From Guillardia theta CCMP2712 (Eukaryota > Protista > Cryptophyta), in contig NW_005434666.1 in assembly GCF_000315625.1 (NCBI RefSeq), positions 729,877 through 793,876 on the forward strand: DNA of 64,000 nt. Reading direction: 5' to 3'. Under the pieces are notes generated by a model. The model saw only the letters and a list, made by a program, of their open reading frames with translations. It ran no database searches and was not told the DNA's origin. Positions 12,883-24,096 of this stretch are shown one piece after another; the first letter of the stretch is position 1; every line of letters starts with the position of its first letter. The position numbers and the translations under genes are program-made.

Positions 12883-15383
12883 TGCCGCCTTCTCCACCGA
12901 CCTTTTCTTCTTAACCTGCTCGCTGCTCGTCAGCTCTCCCTCTCCTTTTTCCCTCCCTCCCTCCTCATCCTCCTCCTTTGGTCCCCATGCTCTCTCGTCG
13001 CTCCCTCACCTGCCACTCATGAAAGGCATCGGAGCCGCGGCTGGGATCGAGGTCGCGGGGAGGAGCAGGCATCGGCTCCGAGTAGAAGTAGTCATGGTTG
13101 AGCGCCTGATTCGCTGTCAAGCGGTGGTCCGGGTTGAGGGTGAGCAGGCCCTCCAGCAGCTTGTACTCCTGCTCCTGCAGCTCCCCTGACACGGTCTTCT
13201 TGATGTGCTCACGGAAGATGCAGGGCTTGGGCTTGAACTTGAGGTTCTTCATGCCCGGCAGCTGCAAATGGACGTGAGCGAGGGACGAAGAGGGAGGGTG
13301 GAAGGCGTCAGGAACGGGAAGAACAAGAAGAGGGGAAGGAGGGGGATGAAGAAGAGAAGGGGAGGTGGGTCTGGGGAGAGGAAGGGAGAGGAGAGGGGAA
13401 CAGGGAGGAGAAAGGAAGGAGCCAACAACCCTGTCGAAAGTGGGCCAGGCATCCTTGGAAGGGGTTCCGAAGACATCGAAGATCTTCTGAATCTGTTCCG
13501 TCTGAACCTCCTCATCAGATCCCCTCCTCTCAATCCTCTTCACTCCTCCCTCACCTCGTTGTGCGGGCCGGAGACGGTGTGCGAGTCCTGCCAGATGTTC
13601 CTATAGTGGTTCGTTGTGTGCTTGAAGAGAAGCTCCGCAAAGATGCAGCCGACCGACCAGATGTCGGCAGGCGCCCCGTACTTCTCCGACTCCAGCAGGA
13701 CCTCAGGAGGGCGGTACCATAAGGTGATGACCTTCTTGGTGAGGGGCACAGAAGGATCGTTGTAGGAGCGCGCGAGACCGAAGTCAGCGATCTTCAGTGA
13801 GCCTTCCTTGGTGATCAACAGGTTCGCTCCCTTGATGTCTCGATGCCTGCATGCACTTCATCCTCTGCTGCCACCACCACCACCACCACTTCCTCCTCCC
13901 CCCCCCCTTCTCTCCCCCACCCTGCCGTCTTCCTCGACCCACTCCCTAGGTCACGCCCCCTGCCTTCTGCTCCTCCCGCTCCTCGTTGGAGGGACTCACA
14001 GGATCTTCTGGGTGTGGAGGTAGTGGAGGCCCTCGAGCAGCTGCTTCAGGTAATGTTTCACGTGCTCCTTCTTGATCTCAATCTGCCATCCCCGCCTCCG
14101 CCTCAGACACGCCGGGCCAACAGGAGCAGCTCAGTCACCTTGGGACTCAACATCAGACCAGCCAGGTCGTGCTCCGCATACTCGAACACCTACGAGCAAG
14201 TAGATCAGCACAGCAGGAGGAGACTATCGAACAGTCTTGCCATGTAGACGCTCCCCTTCTGCTTGTTGTGGTCATGCGCCTTGGAAGTGACGATCTCTCT
14301 CAGCTGGACGATGTTGGGATGTTTCAAATTCCTGATGCAGAGTCAACCAGACAGCTCGAAAATTGAGGCGATCAACTTGAGGATCTTGATTTCTCTGATT
14401 GCTGTAATGGGGAATCCTTCTTTTTCATTGTCCATCTTGACTTTCTTCAACGCCACCATGCACTTCGTGCCTTCTCTCTCCCTCGCCAACCAAACCTGAA
14501 CAAAATGAAATGATCAATCCTTTGACGTCTCAAAAATATAACCAATCGTCCAATCACATCCATCATTGTCATCATGGAATCATCATTATCATCGTCGTCT
14601 CTGGAGACTTTCACTGAGCAGATCAAGTTTACCTGTCCATATTGTCCTTCTCCAATCTGCTCAACTTTGATGAAACATTCAACACTTCTTGCCTGGATTG
14701 AAAAAGTAAAACTCTTCTGAAGTGCATCAAGCATCCTTCAACTGACCCCCCACTGTCTTGACAAGTATGGTGCAACTACTCCTGGCATTTGTCCGACATG
14801 AACATCTCCTGCACATGGATCAGGCTCTACATCAGCTCTTGTTGGCAGGACCTGCTGGTGCAGCTCCAGGCTGTGAAGAATTCGATGAGAAGCACGCATC
14901 AGTCGCCATGTACAGGAAGATCATCAGAGAGACTCACATGATCGTTCTGAGGTCGGTTGGCACTGAAAGCAACATTCCCATTGTTTGCATCATGTGCGTT
15001 GTGCATTCTGATATACTATGTCACAAAGGAGAAAACGTGTCCATTGATCATGATGGCCGTGTTCTCTAACAGCATCGGGATAGTTGCTCGAGAGACCGAG
15101 AGTTCTTGTCTCTGATCTCTTCATCCCATAGAGTCGTCAGGATTGAGACAGCTCTCTACAACAACCTCAACACGGGGGACATCGCACGTAGCTGGGAAGA
15201 AGATGAAACGAGAAGGCACAGGAAGCAGGCAGGGAGGGACAGGGAGGAGAAGTGAAACCACGGAAAGGAGACGAGGACGCAAGCGAAGAGGATGAAGAGC
15301 ACAAAGGTCTAGAGGGCAGGGGAGAGCTGAGCCACGAACTCATTGAGGTGGGAAAGTAAGCAACTATCCTGCGAACGGGCCAT
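12727..15383 (-). CDS. CDKC: Cyclin-dependent kinase, CDKC/CDK9/CDK12 (Pol II CTD kinase) class
   Basis: [80 protein letters not shown]; poly-Q tail ending MPRVGP*. Start uncertain. Confidence 0.92.
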
Positions 15384-15658
15384 AGATGAATCAAGAGGAT
15401 CAAGTGTGGCTGACAAGGTCGGCGGATGAGGAGGAGGAGGAGGAGGAGGAGGAGGAGGAGGAAGCGAACAGATAAGGCCCACGAGCAGCAGGACGAGAGG
15501 AGCATGGGCAGGCTTGTGCACGGCGGCGGCAGCAGAGATTTCAACCGAATTGGTTTGATTGATCTTTGTTGAATTGAATTGATTTTATTCGGTTTTGGAT
15601 CGTATCGAATTATTCGATTCAAATCAGCCACACAATTTCCCCGATCGAGTTTCCCGCC

Positions 15659-16477
15659 ATGGCAGCCTCGTCGGCGACGTCGCTCATGGCGGCGGTTGCG
15701 GGAGAATTTCTCGAGGCAGCGATACCCACCATCCTGTATATACGAGGAGTTTATCCCGCCGAGCTCTTTGAGCGCAAGAGGTTGAAGGAGACAAGAAGAT
15801 CGATGGAACATTGATGGTGTGCTTGCTGCAGGAAATACAATGTGCCGGTACGGCAAAGTAGACACAAGGATCTGAATGAATACATAGCCGGAGCCATCAA
15901 AGATATGATGGAATGGATGTCTAAAGGTAGTCGATGGTTTGGTCTTGCTCATATTGACAGTATGATGGTAGGTATTGTGGAAAGAGTTGTGCTCTCAATA
16001 GAGGAGGCTGCGAGCGGGAGACAACTGGAGAGGTGCGAACTTCTTGAGATCGGACATTTTCATAGTATGATTCTAATTACAGATTTGTGTTCGAATTTGA
16101 GCTTGATCTTACGGCAGACCGTGCAGCCCATGCTCGATCACTTGCCGCGCAAGCCCGCGAATCGTTAGAAGATGCTTTCCGACAAGTGTTGTTGAAAATC
16201 AACGTAGCAGATTCTCTCCTTGCTCCATTGCCCAAGGAGCTTACATTTGGTCTGTACGCACATACAGCATCTAGGCTCCATGACAACGACGATTGGGAGG
16301 TATAGAGAGTATTGCGAATTCATTTGCATCATTCATTTGCAGGAAATGGCATCGGAGGGGAACGATAGGGGACGGGCAGAGAAAGGGAATGAGAACATGT
16401 TAACCGTGCCTCTCAAGTCTGTACAGGCTGGTTGCTTCAGGCTGCAGCTGCTAGTGCAAAGTCCATCAAGTGGTTGA
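15659..16477 (+). CDS. REV7: HORMA-domain protein REV7/MAD2L2 (DNA polymerase zeta subunit)
   Basis: [74 protein letters not shown]. Confidence 0.9.
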
Positions 16478-16582
16478 GAGGCCTCGTTTAGTGACTAGAT
16501 AACTTGCGAAATAGCGACCGATATCATGTAACATAGAATTTATTGAAAGTCCCATGATTAGCTTCAGAACTCGCAAGAAGAA

Positions 16583-19408
16583 TCATGATCCAGACAACAT
16601 CTCTATGGCCGTCTCGATGTTCCCGTGCACAATGTTCAAGATCTCTAAAGCACGGTTCCGATCGAAGCCCATCATCTCCAATTGATCAGCTTGCTCCTCA
16701 TACTGAGCAGCGCTGCTTGCCGTCGCTGGCCGACTGGAGCTCATCGCACCTGATCGAGCTGCGCCAATGCTCGTCCCAAACTCGGCACCTGCCATTTCTG
16801 TATCGCCGCTGGAAAGGTTCCTGCGAAGAAAATGATGAGATGAATGAAACGCAATTGCACAAGTTACTTGTCGTTATCGATCATGCGTAGAACATTCTGC
16901 CACGCTGGAGACTGCATGAATTCAGATGCTTTGTTCGAGTCTCTCTCCTTCACTGCCTCGCACAAAATCCGAAGGCCCTGAAGGAGAAGCTGAGGCGAAG
17001 AGAAACTGAGAAGTTCATACGTGTGACTCACCTCATCACTATGAGAAGAGAACAGTCCTGGGTGAGTGGCCAGGTACACAATGAGATGAAAGTCGGAGAT
17101 GGTCTGCATGGACATCAGCGTGCGTCACTTCTATGGGAGATTACCTTGAGCTGCCCAGTGGGGCGGAAAGGCTTGTTGTCCGGGGAGTTCAGATGTGCTT
17201 TGAGCGCCTCAAGCGTCTGTGGAGCGTACATTCTGTTTTCTATTGGAAAATTTCTCTTGAAAAGCGGGTTGGCTTGTTGGGGAAATGTGGGGCCATTGAC
17301 ACTGACCTGAGAAGAAATCAACTGGGGTAAAGAGAGATGCGAATCGTAAGAAATCACCACAAGATAGTCGACAGGAAAATAAGGCTTGGCCTCATGCACC
17401 ATCTTATTTCCAAACTCACTGACGTCTTGGTAGAATATCGCTGGAACATATCTGAAAAATCATCAAACAAGACATGCATGCAACGACGGCAAAAGATGCC
17501 TGTCGGGAGTTGATTGGGCTACACGACAAAGATTAGGCTTTGCGGTATATTCCAGAATTCCTTCAGCTCGCTCCAAATCCATGCCTTGTTGAGAAACCTT
17601 TGAAACCCCATATCAAAGAAGAGATGCAAGTGGATTCTAGCCACCTGATAAGCAACATAGTCCAGCTCGTTCTTCTCATTTCCAGTCACAACGACCTTGA
17701 GAGACATCAAAGCTGGGAAACAAAAAAACAACAATGGTACCGTTACAAATTTTGAACCAAATTCCAGGTCATCACATTCCAGACATTTGGACGGATTCAT
17801 ATTTTGAAGTCTGGCAGCTATAATACATTCGTTTGATCTTAAGAAGTAGGTGTCTTTTCCTCGAGAGCAGACGTATCTGTTAGCACATGATAAGTTCCAC
17901 ATTGTGTACAATCTTAATACAAACTTGTTGTGATCATCAGCCATCACTTCAAGATCGATGAAAATCCAGCCAACCTGTTCAAATGACAAAGTCAATTTTG
18001 CATCCATACATTACTTAGTCAAAATCAGTACTTTGACTAGTCCCAGCATGGCAGCAGTCGAATCGATCGCATCAGAATACGGATCCCTCAACATATTTAC
18101 ACCATCCGCTGCACATTCTTGGGGTGGCTCATAAATGGCCTTGACAACCGCCTTGATGCCTTAAAGAAGCAAGTCAATACCATGCTTTGCAGGTTGCAAA
18201 TACCTAGAGGAACGTTTGTATCCACTTCATAGGTTCCATACAAATATCCATATCGCATGGCTCCAGTCTGCCTCCAAGCATCCAAGAACCTATAAATTAA
18301 GATTAATCTTTACGATGAGTTGGGATCGAATTCACTTGTCAAGAATCTGTGGATCTTCTATCTCCACTCGATCAACATGTCGATACTTTTGTCTATCCAG
18401 TGTCATCGGCTTGGGCAGTCTGCTCATGCTGACGGTCCTTTCACCCCAGCCCTTTTCAGTGCCTGTCTTTCCTCCAGCTTCACCGTAACTACCGAAATCA
18501 TGACGCCTGGATCGTAATGTGACTCAATATTGAAGCTCAGCTGATTCATCTCACTTCAACTCTGAGAATTTTCCTCCACCAGAATGAGATTTAAGTTTCC
18601 TCAAATAAGCGTGAAACGACATCAATTTGACGTCCTTTTCCTGCAAATCCAGTATCAGACTAAATATGAAGGGTAGGAATCCTAATCTACCTTTAAAAGT
18701 CTCTCATCATATGGTTCAACAGCCATTGTATCGATGCTCTCATCACCAAAACTGATTTGCAAATCTCTGTCAGTGGTCTATAGATGTGCTGCTGTGACAA
18801 ACAGACAGCAATCCGAACCTTCGTCTCGAGGTAGATTTTAGCTTTTCTCTTCCGTCCATCTTAGTCAATTCAAGATCAACTTGATCCAAGACAATGTCGG
18901 AACTGAGCAGTGAAATGTCAGCTTGTAAATCTCCAGGATCTGAATATTCAAAAATACATTTTCTTCTTATGTTCTCTTGGCACTGTATCCAGAATTTCCA
19001 CCACCTTCTCTCCAGAAAGAGAATTTCCAACCATATGTGTCATTGCCTCCGGTTCATGGGGTACACTTGGAGGTGATTCTTCATGCTGAGCAAAAATTCT
19101 GTCTCCATGTTGAATTCGCAAAGAAGACAAAGTTGCCTCTGCCGGGCCAAGATAGTCTAATAAAGAGTCAGAACGAGAAACACAACTTCTCAAAAAACCA
19201 GAATCGGATGACAACATCACACTTGATAAAGATGCAAGTACAATCAATCACCTTTGTGTGAAGGGTCTCTGCTCAGCTTGAACTGTTTGATCGTAGGGAG
19301 TTGTTGCTGGAGCTTTGCTGCAAGCGCCTCAAGGGTTTCAGAAGGATCTACTTCGACTCGAGCCTGGCCTTCCCTTGTTTGAATGCGGACTATCATCCTA
19401 TTTCCCAT
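16583..19408 (-). CDS. NPL4: NPL4 (Cdc48/p97-Ufd1 cofactor) with a C-terminal UBA domain
   Basis: MIVRIQTREG UBL domain, MSFHAYLRKL, RQKYRHVD, WRQTGAMRYGYLYGTY, AIYEPPQ, VGWIFIDL, FGSKFVT, FPVDY, FPIENR, SDFHLIVYL; final exon QLEMMGFDRNRALEIL..HGNIETAIEML. Confidence 0.93.
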
Positions 19409-20249
19409 CAAAATCACACAATGAGACACTATGAGCACGTGTTGGCAGGCATGTTACCTGACAAGGTTCACCACTTCACAACTATCGGTACAGCTGGTCG
19501 ATGCTTCGATTATGCGACGCTAGTAAACTCCACGGCTCTACGTATGCTGCGTTCATGTCAATACAGAGAAATGTTCCATGTGCTTCCATCGCTTTCCACT
19601 TCCAGAATGAAGCAAAGAGCTACGCCAACAAAGTAGGGAACATCTGCCCTCTACCTTTGAGTCGGTCAACCCTTCGCTTATTGATCATGAACAAGATGAC
19701 TGTCTTCAACGAACTGACTCCCTGTGAACACACTTATCCTCTCACTCTCATCGTCTCTCTTCTCTCCTCCCCCTTCTCCGCTGCCCCCCTCCTCCTGTCC
19801 TGAGACTATCCATGCCAGTTTCTAGACAGCCTGTCCCGATGGATAACGGTTCATGTAACCGTTTCAACTCATTTGACTGACTCTGAAAGGCCCGGGGCCG
19901 GGCCCGCCGGACAAAAGAGACTGAGCCCCGGACACTCCGACTGAGGAACTCGGAAACCTGGTCAGTTGGAGGAGGGGGTAGAGTCATTTACTCGAAGTTA
20001 AGAGAGATCCAAACCCTCATCCTGCCGACTGCTGTATCATGCCTAAACTTAACTTTACACCTTGCCTTGGTTTCTTCTCTTCATTCTCTCCGACAGCTCT
20101 CACTGCAGTCCATAGGTCCTCTCTGGCAGAGTCGATCGCGTCAGAGCCGTTGAGGAGCTACTTCCTCGAGGTCTCCTCTGGTCGTCTCCCCGTGTTGGCC
20201 GTGTGTGGCTGGTACCATCAAGTGACTGCACGAGAGCGAGCCCGTCCTC

Positions 20250-21040
20250 ATGCCGAGATGCTCAGGACACCGTGGCTCCAAAGCGGGCGCGTCGATGCTG
20301 CATGAATCGTCAACCAGAAAGGAGAAATCTCCTCCTGCTCCCCGGCATGCGTGTCCTGAGGGCATCACCATCGTGACGGCCGCCATGGACTTGCCGAGCG
20401 AGTGGGCGTCGCCTCAAAGGCAAGGGTCACACTATGCTGCCGGCATCAGCCAGCTCCTCTCGTTGCGCTGCCCCACCGTCGCCTTGGTAGACTCACAGGT
20501 GAAGCAGCAGGTGATGCTGGAGGAGACCGACGTCCTGCTCACGCCGACTCTAGAGAAACAAGACCTCAGCAACCTCGCCTTCTTCCATAGAATGCGCAGC
20601 ATGCGAACTGAGACCTGGAAATCTGAGGGATGGAAGGTGTTGCCAGAGTCCGCCGATTACCTGGCGCTTGTGTTGCTCAAATTCCCACTTGCTTGGCCCG
20701 GGCTGCGTAGATGTCCATGCGCTCTCCACCTCTTGGATCCACGAGCGCGTAGGCGACAACAAGGTCCTCGTGTCCGTCTACCGGGCGAAGCAGAGGTTCT
20801 GCTGGGACCCGAGTGTGAGCGAGCTGGGAGGGCTGCCCTGTAAAGAGCTTCCGCAGTTCACGGGCAAGGGGTCGTTCTTTGCGATGAGGAGGAGAGAGGC
20901 TCTGTAGCTGGAGGGGGAGTACAAGTGGGTGGTGGAGTAGATAATCTCCAAGGGCTTCCTCTTGCCCGAAGAGTTCTACCTCTCCATAGTCCCCAAGAGA
21001 CCCGGAGTGATTCTACACCTTCGACCGATCAGATAACGGC
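20250..21040 (+). pseudogene. Intronless HtrL/YibB-like (putative glycosyltransferase) pseudogene
   Basis: ITIVTAAMDL...HY...LLSLRCPTVALVD...DYLALVLLK, then a frame change near 20690 and KGSFFAMRRREAL*LEGEYKWVVE*IISKGF with in-frame TAG at 20905 and 20938. The family assignment is by recalled motif resemblance only. Confidence 0.45.
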
Positions 21041-22099
21041 ATGGGCCATGATTTGGAATGTATTCGCATCTGCATGATGGCAAGTGACGATCCATGTCTT
21101 TGCATGAAGTTTCCCAGCTACAACTCCAGCATCCCCGCCGATCAGGGGATTCTCAGGTGGGAGGTCGACCGACCGCACGAGGGCATGCTCTCATTGTCGG
21201 GATCCGAGCTCTGCAGTCCTCTCCAGATATTGGAGAGGAGCAGGAATGGACGGGGTTGGAGTACATCACTGCTACACACATGCGGTTTCAAGTCCGCAGG
21301 AGGACCAAGAGATTGTTGACTTGAACAAGGCGACAGACTCTAGAGGGCACATCTACGAGGCCTGACACTCCCTCTTGGACAGCATGACAGAGGGCCCGTG
21401 CGTCGCTTTAGTAACGGAGAATTTGACCGCATCTGAGAGGCGACTGACCGAGCCGACAATCGCGGACATGAGGCTCTACTGCACCGACAAGGTTCTCGCC
21501 GCCATGCCACTGTTGCTCCTCTGACTTGCAGGCAGGTCTACGAGACCAGCTGGTTGGCTTACGGTCACTCCCACTCTCAAGGTCCTTCCGTATTAATTCT
21601 CATCCTCGGCAGAGCAAGTCGGGACTGCTAGCAGCTCATCCAAGACCCCTGCTGGTTCATCTAGATGCGTTGAAGGTTCGCATGGACATGCAGGAGCAGG
21701 TGAAGAGCAAGAGCACGAGGATACGCTTGTCACTTCATCCGGCAGGCGCTAGAGTTTCTGTTCGAGAGTATCTGGAAGATGGTGGGCTCTTGTTAGGTGA
21801 TGTATGGGATCGTCCAGGTGCAGCTGAGGACAACAGCAGGTGCTGGTTACATGCCCGACAGATACTTCGATCCTTGCTTGCAGACGACTGTGCGGTGAGG
21901 ATGTGAGAACGAGCGAACAAGCATCTGATGGCAAGCACGTCAATGTCACCAGTACGAGAAGCTCTCAAGAACTCCTGCAAGAAGCGTGATAGGAAGATCG
22001 GTGTCACTCTTGAATATTCCTTTCCATCCTGGTACATCGTGAAGACCGCCAAACTTCCCTAAGGTCTTGATGCTTTATTTAAGTTTTCTTGTTTGTGCC

Positions 22100-23716
22100 T
22101 TACACTACCCCAGCTGCTGACGAGTCAGCTCCTGCAGACATGGATTAGGATGAACATTCATGAGAAAGTTTCTAATCACCATGGACAATGTCCTCCACGT
22201 TAGCATCATCGCTTTTAAATTGTTTCTGAATCGACTCCACCATCGCATCCGCTTTCATCCTTGCAATAATGTCCTTCACCTGCAACAAATGAGGGATGAG
22301 TCCCCGAGCAGAGAGAAGAAGAGGGGTAACACAGACCTTCTTTCTATCCTTGGGATTGTTCGCCAACTTCTTAGGCAGCCCATGCGCTTCAGCCCACTTC
22401 ACCAGCTTGGCGAACTTGGACACCTTGTCGCTGGCAGTGGGCTTGTCTGAAGTTCCATGAGACTCACAACATCAAGTTGAAGAATCAACGAGTACCTGCT
22501 GCATGGCTGGCGGTAGCGTGGTGAACAACCTTCTTGATGGCATGCTGCTTCTCCTTGCTCGCTTGAGCATGGTGCGCAACAACCTTGTGAGGATGAGGAG
22601 CTGCAGCTTTGTGAGAGAGAGCGGCGTGCGGGTGCTTGGAGGACTGAAGAGAATCAGTGTGCATGTCAAGCAGCCTCTTCATCGCCATCATCCGCTGGTG
22701 ATACGTGAGGTGATTGTTGGCAACGATCTTGGCAACTTTTGAAACCACTTTCTTCCCAGAAGCATGCTCGCTTCCCTTAGCCAACAAGCTCTGAACAGTC
22801 TTTTCCTTCTCAGATCGTGATGCATGCTTGAATTTGGAGTCCTTCAAGATCTTGTTGGCTATGGAGACAGAGTCTGTCAAGAGCTCGTCGGGCTTCTCCT
22901 CAGTCAAGTTCAGCTGTCTCGGCGCATAGTATGCAACGGCTACGAAAAGAATGACACTGCAAGCTATCCCCGCAACCTGCATGCTAGGGTGGGATCGCTT
23001 CTTGATCGTCCCCTGGCAAGAAGATGTCAGAACACACGACGTTGAGTCGTTAGGAAGAAATTTGAAGCAAAATGCAATCAAATAAGACTTGCTTTCAGCT
23101 TGCAAATGCAAATTTGAGGAAGACAAAGCAAGTGCGCTTTTCACCAGACTCAAATGTAATTTTTCTGTCACATTCCTGATCCAATCCATTTGACATCGCT
23201 ATTCAACTTACTGCTCGATTCGATCAAGAGACGTCATCCAAGAAATACAGTTGAAGTTTCATCATGGTCTACAAACTTGTTCCCACTTCTCACTAATTTT
23301 ATCCCTGCACATATCCTCGTCGTCCTTCTGATCGCAACCCTCATGCTAGTATCCGCCTTCCACTTTCCCTCTCTTCCACCTCTTCCTCCTAAAGCGCCAG
23401 CATCCCCAGCATCAGGAGCATCGCCAGCATCGGCAGCATCAGGAGCATCAGGAGCATCGGCAGCATCGGCAGCATCGGCAGCATCGGCAGCATCGGCAGC
23501 ATCGGCAGCATCGGCAGCATCGGCAGCATCGGCAGCATCGGCATCGGCATCGGCATCGGCATCGGCATCGGCATCGGCATCGGCATCGGCATCGGCATCG
23601 GCATCGGCATCGGCATCGGCATCGGCATCGGCATCGGCATCGGCATCGGCATCGGCATCAGCAGCATCGCCTCCTCCTCCTCCTCCTTCCCTCAGTCTTA
23701 CCGCGTACGACACCAT
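22100..23716 (-). CDS. Hypothetical lineage-specific protein with an N-terminal TM/signal anchor, Lys/His rich
   Basis: Probable micro-exon MVSYA (23716) spliced to GTIKKRSHPSMQVAGIACSVILFVAVAYY. The long exon 22485-23013 and later exons are bounded by GT-AG. Confidence 0.55.
23398..23669. repeat. GCATCGGCA nonamer array grading into a GCATCG hexamer array
   Basis: Directly visible tandem repeat; lies in the predicted first intron of the minus-strand gene. Confidence 0.95.
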
Positions 23717-24096
23717 CGCGCCTCCTCGTCAGCGACTTTTCGACGTATTTTACAACCGTTTTGTAACGTATAAACCAGAACATAACTGAATATGTAACGG
23801 AAGAAACGGACACCTCGAATCCGGGAGAGCCAAGGAAGTGTGAGGGGGGGGAGGCAAGTGGGGTGGGGTGATGAAGAGGAGGGTCTACAGACAACAGGGG
23901 GGTCACAAGTAGGTAGGGGTACCTGGTGTTTATCCTGGAGATAGGGTGATAGTGAGAGTAATGGGGGGTGCGAATTTAGCAGTGAGGGGTCCATTCTTTA
24001 GATCGGGGGGTGGTAGACGGATTTGAGAAGGGGTAGGTGATGGTGGGAGCAGGAGGGGGTGGGTGGGTGAGGGTGGTGGCGGGAGGAGGGCGCGAG

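Noticed and set aside
20905-20940. TAG reassignment or read-through
   Set aside because: Other genes in the window appear to use TAG as a stop (for example 51988-51990), and the same locus also has a frameshift, so pseudogenisation is simpler.
21349-21367. Short match CATCTACGAGGC(C)TGACA to the RT relic near 63550-63567
   Set aside because: The similarity does not extend on either side; likely chance.
23190-23789. Ala-Ser, Ala-Asp or Met-Pro repeat proteins
   Set aside because: These are translations of the GCATCG array within a probable intron.
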